From Eledone cirrhosa (taxonomy: Eukaryota): a stretch of DNA of 64,000 nt. The stretch spans positions 371,566,001-371,630,000 of the forward strand of contig OZ024743.1 in NCBI GenBank assembly GCA_964016885.1. Reading direction: 5' to 3'. Below are positions 46,070 to 57,988 of the stretch, in pieces (position 1 is the first letter of the stretch; every line of letters begins with the position of its first letter). The notes beneath the pieces are model-generated. The model was given only the letters and a program-made list of their open reading frames with translations, was not told the origin of the DNA and did not search any database. The position numbers were made by a program, and so were the translations under genes.

Positions 46070-48749
46070 ACCAGCGTATCAATGCCAAAACAAATATGAG
46101 CACAGCAACAAATATATACGAACAACAAAAATATGAAGATGTCGCATCTGCGAGACTAGCCGCAGGCAAACATCTTAGGTATAAGCTTTTCTGGCTAGGT
46201 AAGGATGATGGGTTAGGGGGAGTAGGAATTTTCCTGGCTGAGAGATGGATCAATAAGACAATAGAGGTAGTTCGACACCTGCCAACCACCTAATAACCTA
46301 CAAATCAGGCGAGCACATAAGCCAGATTGACTTCTTACTAGTTAGGCCGCGGGACAGGCAGATGGTGTCAAATACCAAGGCATACCCATAGGTTAGTCGT
46401 TAGTGATATCTCAGTAAGCATGAGATGGAATGAGACATACAGGAAGGTGTGGAGAAGAAAGGTCTGGAAGCTAAAAGACCTTTCACTAAAATACAAATTT
46501 AGGAAAGCCCTTCAAGATGTATACGACGAAAAAGAAGTCGATTTAGAGACGTATGACATAGATAATAACTGGAATTTCTTACGTGACAACTTACTGCAGG
46601 CTACTGATGAAACTTGTGGCTGGAGCAGAGCTCCAACCAGAGAGAGAGTGACCTGGTGGTGGAACAGCACAGTAGATAAGGCCATTAGAGACAAAAGACT
46701 AGCATGGAAGGCTTGGAAAAAGGGTGACAGTAGAGAAGGATATACAGCCGCTAAGAGAGAAGCTAGACGTCAGGTGTACTTAGCACGCAGGGGGGCTGAG
46801 AGTAGGAGGTTTGCCAATGTTCTGCCCCGGGAAGATCAGAGGCGTGCGGTGTTCCACATTGTAAGGCAGTGTGTCAATGCAAATCGGGATGTTGTTGGAG
46901 ATAAATGTGTCCGGAATGATGCCGGTGTACTTAGTGTCACGAATGATCAGAAAAAGGAGGCCTGGAAATGTCATTATGAGAGACTGATGAATGTGGAGAA
47001 TGAATGTGAGAGAGAGAAATTACCCTCAGTAGATCCGACAGAGGGACCAACTATTGAGATTGATGAATATAGAGTCCAAGAGGCGATTAAGGAAATGAAA
47101 AATGGTAAGGCTGCTGGACCGTCGGGGATAGTTGCTGAGATGCTGAAGGCATCAGCGGATGTAGGCACTAAACTGGTTGCACGCATCATCAATCAGGCTA
47201 TATATGGTGGTGTCATACCCAAAGACTGGTGCAGCAGTATTCTCATAAATTGCTACAAAGGTAAAGGGGATGCTCTGGAGAGGAGCAATTATAGGGGTAG
47301 TAAACTGATGGATCAGGTTATGAAAGTGGCAGAAAGGATATTAGCACAACTAATTAGAGAAAGGGTCAAACTAGATGAGATGCAGTTTGGTTTTGTGCCT
47401 TGGAAAAGTACAACAGATGCCCTCTTCTTGGTGAGACAATTACAAGAGAGGTTCTTAGAGAAGAATAAACCACGATACTTAGCCTTTGTTAACCTAGAGA
47501 AGGCCTTTTGATAGGGTACCCCGATCTGTCATCTGGTGGTCCCTAAGGAAACTAGGTGTTGAGGAATGGCTTGTAAGGACAGTGCAAGCTATATACAGGG
47601 GTGCTGTCAGTAAAGTGAGAGTAGGAATGAAGTATAGTGAGGAATTCCAGATACAAGTAGGAGTACATCAGGGTTCGGTCCTCAGCCCGCTCTTGTTCAT
47701 TATAGTCCTCCAAGCCATAACAGAGGAGTTTAAGACTGATTGTCCATGGGAACTTCTCTATGCTGACGATCTGGTTCTTATAGCAGAATCAGAGGAGCTA
47801 GAGAATAAATTTTGGCTATGGAAACAGCAGTTGGAAGCAAGAGGACTGAGAGTGAACCTAGCTAAGACAAAAGTGTTGATGAGTAGAAAAGAGGACAAAA
47901 CTCTGATTCCGTTAGGGAAATGGCCATGTTCGATATGCAGAAAAGGAACTGGCATAAATTCAATAAAATGCACACAATGCAGATCCTGGGTACACAAGAG
48001 ATGTAGTGAGATAGCAGGAAAACTAACAGGTAGGGAGAAATACATATGCAGTAGGTGTACAGGGAAATTAGACAGTAGAATTTGCATTGATCGACAGATT
48101 TTTCAAATGCAAGCAGGTGCTATAGAAGTGGTTGATAGCTTCCGGTACTTAGGTGATCAGATTATCATGGGAGAGGGGTGTTCCGAGGCCATAGTACCTA
48201 GAATAAGGACGGGTTGGAAGAAGTTTAGGGAGCTGCTTCTTCTGCTGATAAAGAAGGGTTTCTCCCTGCGTACGAAAGGCCAGTTATATGATGCCTGTGT
48301 GAGGAGCACGATGCTGCAAGGTAGTGAGACAAGGGCAGCAACTGCGGAGGATATGCAAAGCCTGGAGAGAAATGAAGCAAGCATGCTTCGATGGATGTGC
48401 AATGTCAATGTGCGTGAACGACCCAGCATGGATGTGTTGAGAGAGAAACTGTGTCTGAGAGGGATAGAATGTAGTGTGCGAGAGAGGAAACTACGGTGGT
48501 ATGGACATGTGATGCGCATGGAGGATGACCGATGGGTGAAGAAGTGCCAGGAAATGCCAGTTGAAGGAAGACGTGGTAGAGGTAGACCACGAAAAACATG
48601 GGTGGAGGTGGTGAGAACAGACCTCAGATCGCTGAAGCTCACAGTGGAGATGATGAAGGACCGTGACAAGTGGAGAGATGCTGTGCTGAATAAGACCCGT
48701 CCCACCCTTGCAAGCAGGGAAAAGTGGACATAAAATGATGATGATGATG
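46070..48749 (+). mobile_element. RTE-B LINE, the most intact copy: partial APE, linker, RT, finger, C-terminus; one frameshift near 47510
   Basis: ORFs 46420-47511 and 47582-48733; YKGKGDALERSNYRG, HQGSVLSPLLF, LLYADD; stop codon then (ATG)n. Confidence 0.95.
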
Positions 48750-49004
48750 TTGCTCCAGTCCACTCAGCTGGAAAAAGTGAGTCGCTACAACACTGATGCC
48801 AAACCATATCAGCCTTTGCCTTTCAATTCTCTCTTGAAAATACATAAAATATTTACATGGTGTTGATATCAACACATTGAAATAACCTTCAGCATACTAC
48901 TGTGTAAGATCCTTATTTCACCTAATACCACAGAACAAAGCAGTAGCTTTCATGGCAGTGTTCCAGTATGGCCAGAACACACCAGCAAAAATTAGTAAAA
49001 TAAT

Positions 49005-50578
49005 CTCCTTATAATATATAACCAGCAATTTCTGTCTGTCTGTCCGACGCATAGAGAGAGAGTGAGAGTGAAAGAAAGAGACAGACTACAAGAAGGGGAT
49101 AGCGGGAGGGAGAAAGAGAGACGCTGGAAGAGGAGAAGGAAAGCTATGTCTTGCTGTCTGCATTACGATACATATATATATACACACACACACTGAGCGC
49201 GTCATAATGAGGTAATGCAGACAGCCAGACATACAGACAGATATTATAAGGGTGCAACGTTATATCTATGTATCTATCTAAAAAGAAAGACTAAGAATTA
49301 TATAGAGAGAACGCTAAATCGCCTAATGCGGTCCCTAGGGCATTGAAAATTTGAAATAAATTTTGCTCGAAACACTCACAGGACCATAAGTATTACATGT
49401 CTAAAGTTTGAAAAAAATCGGTTGGATGGTTCTCAAGTTTTAGTGAGCTGACAGACAGACAGACATTCTCTGTTTTAGATATATAGACTAGCCAACGGGT
49501 GGTTTTCTGCTAGTCTATATATATGTGAAACTGAGGATGTCTGTCTGTGTGTGTGTGAGTTTGAATCCCTAAAATTCAAGAACCACCCAACCAACTGTTT
49601 TCAAACTTTACACATGTAATACTTATGTTTCAGGGAGTGTTCTGAGCAAAAAAAATTCAAATTTAGGCGATTTAGCTATCTCTCTCTATAATTCTTAGTC
49701 TTTCTCTTTTTAGATAGATACATACATATAACATCACGCCCTTATAATATATGTCTGTATGTCTGCATTACGTCACCTCCCACAATTCCATCTGCGTCCA
49801 GAATGCGCCCTTATATCTGTCTGGCTGTCTGCTGCCTCCGGTTATTCTGCCACCCTTACTCAAGACAAATCTCACACTCATTCCCCAAACAGTTGGTAAG
49901 TGCACACAACTTCTTCCTCACGTTTTAAGCCAGAGTGTTGCTTACTTACGTACCACCAGACCTTTACTTCTTTGCAAGCCGTGGTTGTGGAAATATTAAG
50001 CTTAGCTAAGGCGGTTATATATTTCACACAACACTAAAATGAAAGCCGGTAACTATGTATTAGTCAGTCTCTTCATACTGTAAGCAAAGAAAATCCAACT
50101 TTTAGTGGAATACTAATTGCATCAGAGTATTCGGTTTATTTTCTTTTATATTGTCCACGTATGCAGTTTTCCCATGATTAGGTCTGTTGGTGGCTCGCGT
50201 TATGTTTCAGGGAGTGTTATGCACATAAAAAATTCAACTTTTTGATCCTCTAGGGCCCGCATTAGGTGAAAAACTCTGTTTTTTCAGCTTTTTAGGGGTA
50301 TTTTGAGGCGTTACGTCTAGCCGATTTTCCCGAAATTTCAAGGCATATTATGCACATAAAAAAAATTCATTTTCTTGATGCCCTAGGGCCCGCATTAGGT
50401 GAAAACCTGCATTTTTCCTGCTTCATCAAGGAAAATCTTAAAGATTATCCAACCATCAGAATATTCAGTTTATTTTCTCTACATATTGTCGAGGCATGCA
50501 GTTTTTCCACAATTACGTCTGTTGGTGACCCGCGTTCCAAAATACCTTATCCCGTGCAACGAGGGGTACCACTGCTAG
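49005..50578. mobile_element. Cluster of non-autonomous Helitron-like elements, including a head-to-head pair (about 49200-49487 minus, 49514-50578 plus)
   Basis: 5' TCTATATAT..TGTCTGTCTG starts; 3' CCCGTGCAACGAGGGG..CTAG|T at 50551-50579 and CTAG|T at 49510-49514; 49230-49480 is inverted to 49540-49770. Confidence 0.6.
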
Positions 50579-50899
50579 TAAATTATAAAACTTGTCAATA
50601 GTGTAACTTGTAATGACACAGTAGTGCAACTTGTAGTGAACCCATCAGCATGCATAAAGTCTTGGACTACGAAGAATGATCTCTACTTGGTAGGAATAAT
50701 TATAGTTGAATATGAGAAAGTTTATGTATCATCTTGTTATTATAAGTTTTGTTGGACAGTGGGAATACATAAATAGTACTGTAAGTTATCTTGGGAATAA
50801 TTGGAGGCAATTTGGTTTGTTATTGAAGTAGATAGGGGAAAATGCAAATGTTAAACCATGCGATACACACATAGAGTGATGTTACTGATACTTTTCTTT

Positions 50900-51123
50900 G
50901 TATAAGTGCTGGTGCCACAATAAAATGCACCCAGTACATTCTGTAAAGTGATAGTAGAGGTGTCATGATAAAATGCCCCTATTACAGGCTACAAAGATGC
51001 TGGCATTATGATTTCTATCCACCCATAGAAACCATACCAAAATGGAATAAATGCTCCAGAACATGACAACCTGTCCAACTCATGCCAGCATGGTAAATGA
51101 ACATAAAATTGTGATGATGATGA
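50900..51123 (+). mobile_element. RTE/SINE 3' tail remnant
   Basis: GTGCTGGTGCCAC..GCACCCAGTAC..CCTGTCCAACTCATGCCAGCATGG..(GAT)n. Confidence 0.6.
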
Positions 51124-51175
51124 AACACTCACACATATTACATACATATTTGTATGTATGTGTTTATATATATTT

Positions 51176-52280
51176 ATAGGGTTGGATAGAAAGTTTGCAG
51201 TTTTTCAAAAGGAGCTATTTTGGTAGAGTTTTCTGGAAATGTTGAAGGTTGCACATGCACACATATATAAGAAGTGATGTGCATTTCTCATTTTCTGTTA
51301 TGTGGTCAAAGGGGAAGCCACATGGATCTATCTAAATCATTTATTTGTGGCTGTTTACTTCAGCTGCATCAAGTTGCTGCAATAACAATGCATTTGGGAC
51401 ACACACCATATGTGAATGCAATGCTAGTGACTGGTTCATATTCTTCCATTCCGGTGATTATAGCCTTGAAAATCGACCTCGAGCGGGACGTTAATCTGAC
51501 TTTAATGATGAGCTGGTGGAGCCAACCCACACCAGACATAATGTAAGCTGGTGGAGCCAACCCACACCAGACATTGCATCAGCTCTCCAAAGTGCTTGGG
51601 GCATCAAAAACAACCATCCTCAATCATTTGCATACAATAGGGAAAGTGTCCAAGCTGGACCAATGGGTACCCCACAATCTGACTGACTAATCATGAATGT
51701 CAGGTGGCAGTTGCAGCTTCTATGCTCAACTACCATCGCACAACCAACTGGCTACATTTCATTGTCATTACATTAATGTCAAATGCAAGCGATCATAGAT
51801 TGATAAAGAGAGTGCACCACAATGGCAAGCAAAGGCTGGCCTTCTGAGAATCTGGTAGGATTGGAAAGGTGTTATCCACTATGAGCTGCTTCCACTGACC
51901 ACCAGCATAACCTCTGACATCTATTACCAACAACTTGACAGATTAGCAGTGAAAATCGCACAGGTGTGCCCATGCCATGGTCCTGTTTGATTCCTTCATG
52001 ATAACACTCAGCCACATGCATCTAGGTTGACCCGTGAGAAGTGGCAGGAGCTAGGTTGGGAGGTTCTGCCTCATCCACCATATTTGCCTACAGACTATCA
52101 CCTTTCTATCAATGAGCAATGCAATGCAGTCAAAGACATTCACCAATGAAGATCAGTTAAATCAGTAGCTGACAGAATTTTTTGCATCAACGCCAGAAGA
52201 ATTCTACAGCGATGGAATCATGGCTTTCTAAACAATGGTAGATGATAATTGCAAATAATGGTGATTATTTTGACTTGTAA
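51176..52280 (+). mobile_element. Degenerate mariner transposon
   Basis: KLDQWVPHNL, WKGVIHYELL, FLHDN.QPH, LGWEVLPHPPY..DYHLF; many stops. Confidence 0.8.
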
Positions 52281-52454
52281 AATTTTCCTAATGTTAAAAA
52301 TCACCAAAGTATAAATACTCACTAATGTTTTTCCTAATCACGGTAGGATGTATAATCAGTTTAGAACTCGATGTAATGTCAAAGCAAAATGAAATCTGTT
52401 TTTGTAGGAGGGTGATATTCTATTTCATGTCATGGAGTATTTAGAACTACAGAG

Positions 52455-53083
52455 TCAGACAATGAAAATCAATGCTGTGAAAACTGAAACAGTTGTCCCT
52501 TCAAGGAAGCCTGTGCAGGGCATGCTACATGTGAATGGAGTTCCACTGAAGCAGGTAGAGAAGGTCAAGCATCTTAGGGCCATGTTCATGAGTGATGGAA
52601 AGCATGAGGTTGAATTAAGTGCAAGAATTGCAAAAGTTAGTGCAGTAATGCGCCAGCTTCAGAATTCCGTAATCAGAAGGTAGGTGGGCATAAAAACCAA
52701 ACTCATTATCTTCAATTTGGTATTCATGCCAACCCTTACCTATGGTCATGAATCTTGGGTAATGACCAAAAGAATATGATTGCGAATACAAGCAGCTGAA
52801 ATGGGATTCCTCCAAAGGGTCTTTGGAGTAATGTCACTCGATCAGAGATCAGAGTCACTTCAGGTAGAGCCGCTACTTCTCCGAATTGAGAGATCACAGC
52901 TCTGATACTATGGGCATGTGGTTAGAATGCCCTAGGAAAGAATCGCTGAACAGAATTTACGGGTAAAACCAACAGGTAAGAGATGGTTCCTTCTGACAGG
53001 ACCCGCTGGAAGGAGTGTTTGAGGACTCTGCCCCAATGACCCTCTCAGAAATAAGTTGGCAAAGAAGAAGAAGAGAAGAAGAG
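52455..53083 (+). mobile_element. RTE-type LINE 3' fragment (different family) with a (GAA)n tail
   Basis: MKINAVKTETVV..LKQVEKVKHL, PTLTYGHESW, QAAEMGFL, QL*YYGHVVRMP. Confidence 0.75.
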
Positions 53084-54187
53084 TAAAACAAGGTGCAGTA
53101 GTTAATTAATCCCTTGTTTTACAATCATTTCAGAGAGCAAAATTATCGCTGTGCAGACCTATCTGCCATCTATCCACAGAAACAATTGCTTTCCATGCAG
53201 GCATTGGTTAGACAAGTCCTCACAGTCTAAGTCAATTTTAATTTGAAGTTATTGCCCACCTAGACAGGTCGGGGATCATATCTCCCTTGAACATTCTATT
53301 TTTAGCATGGTTTCTACAACTGGATGTCCATTCTAACGCTAACTATTACACAGAGAGTACTAAGTGCATTTTATCATGGCACCAATATTTAAGAATGTGT
53401 TTGTCATGACTAAAGGGTCCTCTTTATCTTTTGCACATCCTTTGACCTTGTAGCAATTGATACTGATGCTGCAATGCCAGTCATTGGGTATGACACCATC
53501 CTGTACTACCTGATTTACTATGTGGCTATCCTGTGTCCTGCTATGCCAGATAGTTTAATCATCCCAGTAACAATCTCTGATGGGTCTACCTTCATATCTT
53601 TAATCACTTTATCTACCATACTGCTGTCAACTGTGGCAAAAAAAAGAAGAGGAAGAGGAAAAAGAAGAAGAAGAATAAAAGGGGGAGGAGAAGAAGAAGA
53701 ATGTAACAGAGGGGAGTGTAACTTAAAAAGATATGATGAATGATTTAATATGTCCATTTTCATAACTGGTATAAAACAAGAAAAAATATAACAGGCTCAG
53801 GCATATTGATAATTGGAATTCTTCAAGTAAATTGCTCCAAATATTTCCACTGTTAATTAGATTTTGTGTATTGATGTCACAGTTTGTGTTCATCTCACAA
53901 GAAAGCAATCTCTGAGTTCTTGAATATTATATTTAATGACATTTCTCTCATCTCTGTAGTTTCTCAAGTGTGTGGCAAAAATAATACAAACCAAAAAAAA
54001 TCACAACTAACCTTCTTTGATGACTTTTCACATTCTGTGGAAAAGCCTGCAAATATGTGGCTTATATTAGTTACATTTGACTGAAATGATTAGGTTTATC
54101 AGTCAACAACCAAGATTCCATAATTGAAGCCAGCAACTGAATATTTGATGCATTTTTGATTATTTTCATTTCATATTTTGGCTCCTA

Positions 54188-54752
54188 TATCATCATCACC
54201 ATTTTACGTCCATTTTTCCACACTAGTATGGGTTAGACAAGTTGTCCTGTTGTGGGCAATGCTAGGTCAGGTGACCATGTCTTGCTCATACAGAACTGAT
54301 TTGGGCTTGGTTTCTACAGCTGAATGCCCTTCCTAATGCCAACCTCATTTACAGTGAACACTTGGTGCTTTTTGTCATGACACCTTCACGACCACTTTAC
54401 AGTGTGGACTGGGTGCTTTTTGTCATGACACCTACAAGACCACTTTACAGTGTGGGCTGGGAGCTTCACTGGATGTATACTTCGGCCTGTCCTCATGGGA
54501 GATGTGTGGGGGGGGGTGGGGGTGCATACTGTATATATGCTTCAGCTTTGGCTTGTACCCATGGGAAATCTGATCTTTTGTATTACTGTGTAACGCCAGA
54601 GATCTCAGTCCTGAGTCATCACCTTTGAGAAGTGCAGTTGGGCAAGATCGGCTTTTATCACCTCATCCCAAGTCTTCCTGAGTCTCCCCACTCCAAGGCT
54701 TCTATCGACTTTGAGCACTCTGCATCTTTTTATGCAGCTGTCAACCTTCATG
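54188..54752 (-). mobile_element. RTE-A 3' fragment
   Basis: (CAT)n tail, repeated 3'UTR unit, GRLRKTWDEVIKADL. Confidence 0.8.
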
Positions 54753-54972
54753 TCATATCAAAATAGTTATCATTTTTGTATGGAACAGATCTTTAGATTT
54801 ATGTATTTCCACGTTATGGCAAATTTATGCAAGTGTAAACAATCTGCTGAAACCGTTATGTAGATGCGTTACCTGCTCATTAACCCTTTTGGTACCAATC
54901 TGCTTTCTGCCTGCAACTGGCCTTTGATCTAGGAGACTAAATTTTTTCAAAGGGTTTATTATTATTATTATT

Positions 54973-57954
54973 AGTGTTAGTGGGTGAGTGGAACGGTATC
55001 TTAGATGCACGCTGGGATTATGTGGGGCTAGTAAATAAGGGAGGAGGATGTAAAAGCCTCACCAACCTGCTCAGACATTTTCAACTGTCTGACAAGTATC
55101 GACTGGATTATCCGAATGTGCCAATGTGGACAATGGCAAACCACATTGGGTCATCCAGATCGTATCTAGATAGGGTATTGTGTAGGGAAACAGATTAGGC
55201 TAGCATAGGTTGTCCACAATTTAAAGTAGTTGGTTACTCGGACCACAAATTTGTGATCTGTGAAGTCGACTTAGATAGACTTCATAGGCAAGGACCCAGT
55301 TACTGGAAGCTGAACGCGTCTTTCTCGGCGCGCAAAGTTTACAGAGACTGGATAAGCGAATTAGTTAAACATGCGTTGACGGGTGCGATCGTCAACAACA
55401 GGTGGTGGTTTACCCTGAAAAGGCTAATTAGAGTAGAATCAATAAGGTTTAGCAAAGGAGTAAAGATAGAGGAAAATAGAGTAGAAGGAGAGCTAGTTAG
55501 AAAGCTAAAAGAGGGGTTTAGGACAGGCATCGTAACTGACATGCTTGCGGCGAGATTGGCACTAGACCAATACTTCAATGCAAAGCACGAAGGCTGCGTT
55601 GTCAGAGCTAGAGCACGTGCTCTGAGACAAGAGGAGACAAAAGCTGTCCAATGGGCTCGGATGGTGGAGGCGCGACATGGCAACAAAGCCACAATTCAAT
55701 CTTTGCCTGACCAAAACGGCACATGTTACTCGAACCCGAACAGATGTTTGAAACTTTTCAGCAGCACTTTGCCCAACTGTTTGGGAGCGGCGGTGGACCA
55801 GATAGGAGTATGAACTTCAGTGCATACCTTGAGGGACTGCCACAGTTCTCGACATCCGCAGTGGAGTATTGCAAAAAGCTGATAACAGCAGGTGAAATAC
55901 GGGAAGCGATGTCTGACTGCCTGAGGAGTAAATCGCCAGGTTTGGATGGTCAGCCCTAGAAGCTTTATGCGTACATGCCAGACTTGTTCGGCGATCTTTT
56001 GGCAGACGTCTACTGCAACTGGCAGCAGAACGGGAGCATTCCCAGTTTTGTGAGCCAGGGAGCGGTGGCGCTGTTGAGAAAAGACCCGAACAAAGGGGAC
56101 GTTATAGACAACGTCAAGCCCAAAACTCTGTTAAGCACAGATTCCAAGATTTTGGCCAAGGTGTTAGCAATGAGATTGGCGCTTATCGTTGGTAATCTGG
56201 TAGGAGAGGCGCAGACATGCGCCATTCCAGACAGATCCATCCACGACAACCTCCACCTCATGTGATACATCATAGAGAAGGTGGTTAAGGAACCTGGCAC
56301 GGGTGGGGCCCTGATCAACTTAGATCAAACTAAGGCATTTGATAGAGTCGACCATCGGTACCTAGCAGCGGTCCTCGAGGCAGCTGGTTTTAGGTCCATT
56401 TTCGGGGGTTGGATTGCTGCGATGCACAACGACATCTGCTTAGTTGTGAATGGTCAACTGTCACAGCCGTTCAGCATCATGCGCTTGGTCCATCAGGGTT
56501 GTCCCGTCTCGTCACTCTTGTACGTATTGGCCCTAGAACCGTTACTGCACAAACTGGAGGAGATGAGAGACGTCCCACGTGAACTGGGATGTGGGAAGAT
56601 CCGTATCGGCTTTCATCGACGACGTCACCTTGGTGGTGTCAAGCACCGGATATGTCCAGATGCTCAGCACTGCTCTCAAGGAATATGAAGCAGTGACAGG
56701 AGAAAAGCTAAACCAGGAAAAGTCGGTGGGCTTGCAGCTCGGCACGTGGAGAGGCAAGTCCATGCCGCCTGACAGTGTCGTAGGGCGTTGGACGGAAGGA
56801 CCGGTTAAATTGCCCGGGGTCTGGTTCGGTCCAGACCTCCAAATGGAGAAAAACTGGCGACATCTCTGGTGCTTCCCTGACGGGGAACAGGTGTGATCAC
56901 CATTTGCCAGACGTGTTTTTCCCCAGCTCATCTCATTAACAGAGCTGCAGTCCTGGATCAGGAAAAGACCGAGGGATAACCCTTGGAAGCTGGAATGTCC
57001 CCAAGTGCTCACAGCCTTCTACCAGCTGGATGCTAGTATCGGTGGAATATCCACCTCAGCGTTCTATAGAGGACTAGTGGAGGGGAAGAGTGACGACGAT
57101 CTCGGGGAGACCCTGGGCGTTGAAGACGATCAACTGTTCGCTCTCTTCAAGAGAACTTTCAACCCGGGGCCTATGGACAACTTCCAGAAATCCCTGGCCT
57201 GGTAGTGCTACTGGGGAGCATTGCCGGTTCGAGATAAGCTCTACAGGCACGGAAATGCCATCAGCCAGACCTGTCCGAGATGCACACAGAGCAACGAAAC
57301 CGTTGTGCACGCACTCGTTCTGTGTCCGAGCATTGCTGACTTGTGGAGCTATGTCGAACATTTGTTGTCACGTGTAGGACAGATCCGGTTATCGACTGAG
57401 TCCATTGTGCAGATAGCCCCGCCGTCCTCCTTTAAGGAGGAGGAAGGGCAGGCAGTTTTCATCTGCCTGGTGGCCATGGCGAAAGAGATTGTATGGTGGA
57501 CAAGGTTGAAAGGATTGAAGACGGACACTTTCCTCTTCGGCGAATCCCTGATTAACTTTTTCAAATTTCATTTGAAGAGGAAAATCAGGGTGGAGAGGCA
57601 AGCGCTGTCTTCCAGTAAGTTTGTTGAAAGGTGGGTGAAAGTGGCGAGTCTGGTCCGAGTGAACGGGCCCGCTCTGAGTATGCGCCTGTAGACTGAGGAG
57701 TGGGAAAACTGGGAGAGGGCGTTTGCCCTGGTGGCCAGGGTGGCCGTGGTCTTTTTTGTGGTTTTTGCCACGAGTGACCCTTGGAAGTTTCCCCTCTATT
57801 GGGGAATTTTCGTTGTTTGAATTTTTTTAAATATTTCTATCTTCTTGTTATAACCTTTTTTACACGTCCAAAACCCACTTTGTATCATTCTGTACCGTTC
57901 TGTGCCCTCTGTAATGTTTTTCTTCATGTTAACCCTTGTGGCCAATAAAGAAAC

Positions 57955-57988
<34 letters not shown>
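54973..57988 (+). mobile_element. Tx1/L1-clade LINE, 5'-truncated in the APE domain, with (ATT)n tail
   Basis: SRSYLDRV, SDHKFV, GPSYWKLN, KSPGLDG, RSIHDNL, LDQTKAFDRVDH, QGCPVSSLLY, CPRC..ETVVHALVLC; AATAAA then (ATT)11. Confidence 0.9.

Noticed and set aside
51510-51575. Direct duplication of about 29 bp (AGCTGGTGGAGCCAACCCACACCAGACAT)
   Set aside because: An ordinary local tandem duplication in a dead mariner.
53960-54084. Possible terminal exon of the HMG gene after tctctgtag
   Set aside because: The longer frame needs phase 1 but the 42636 donor is phase 2, which gives only SFSSVWQK*. This cannot be resolved without RNA data.
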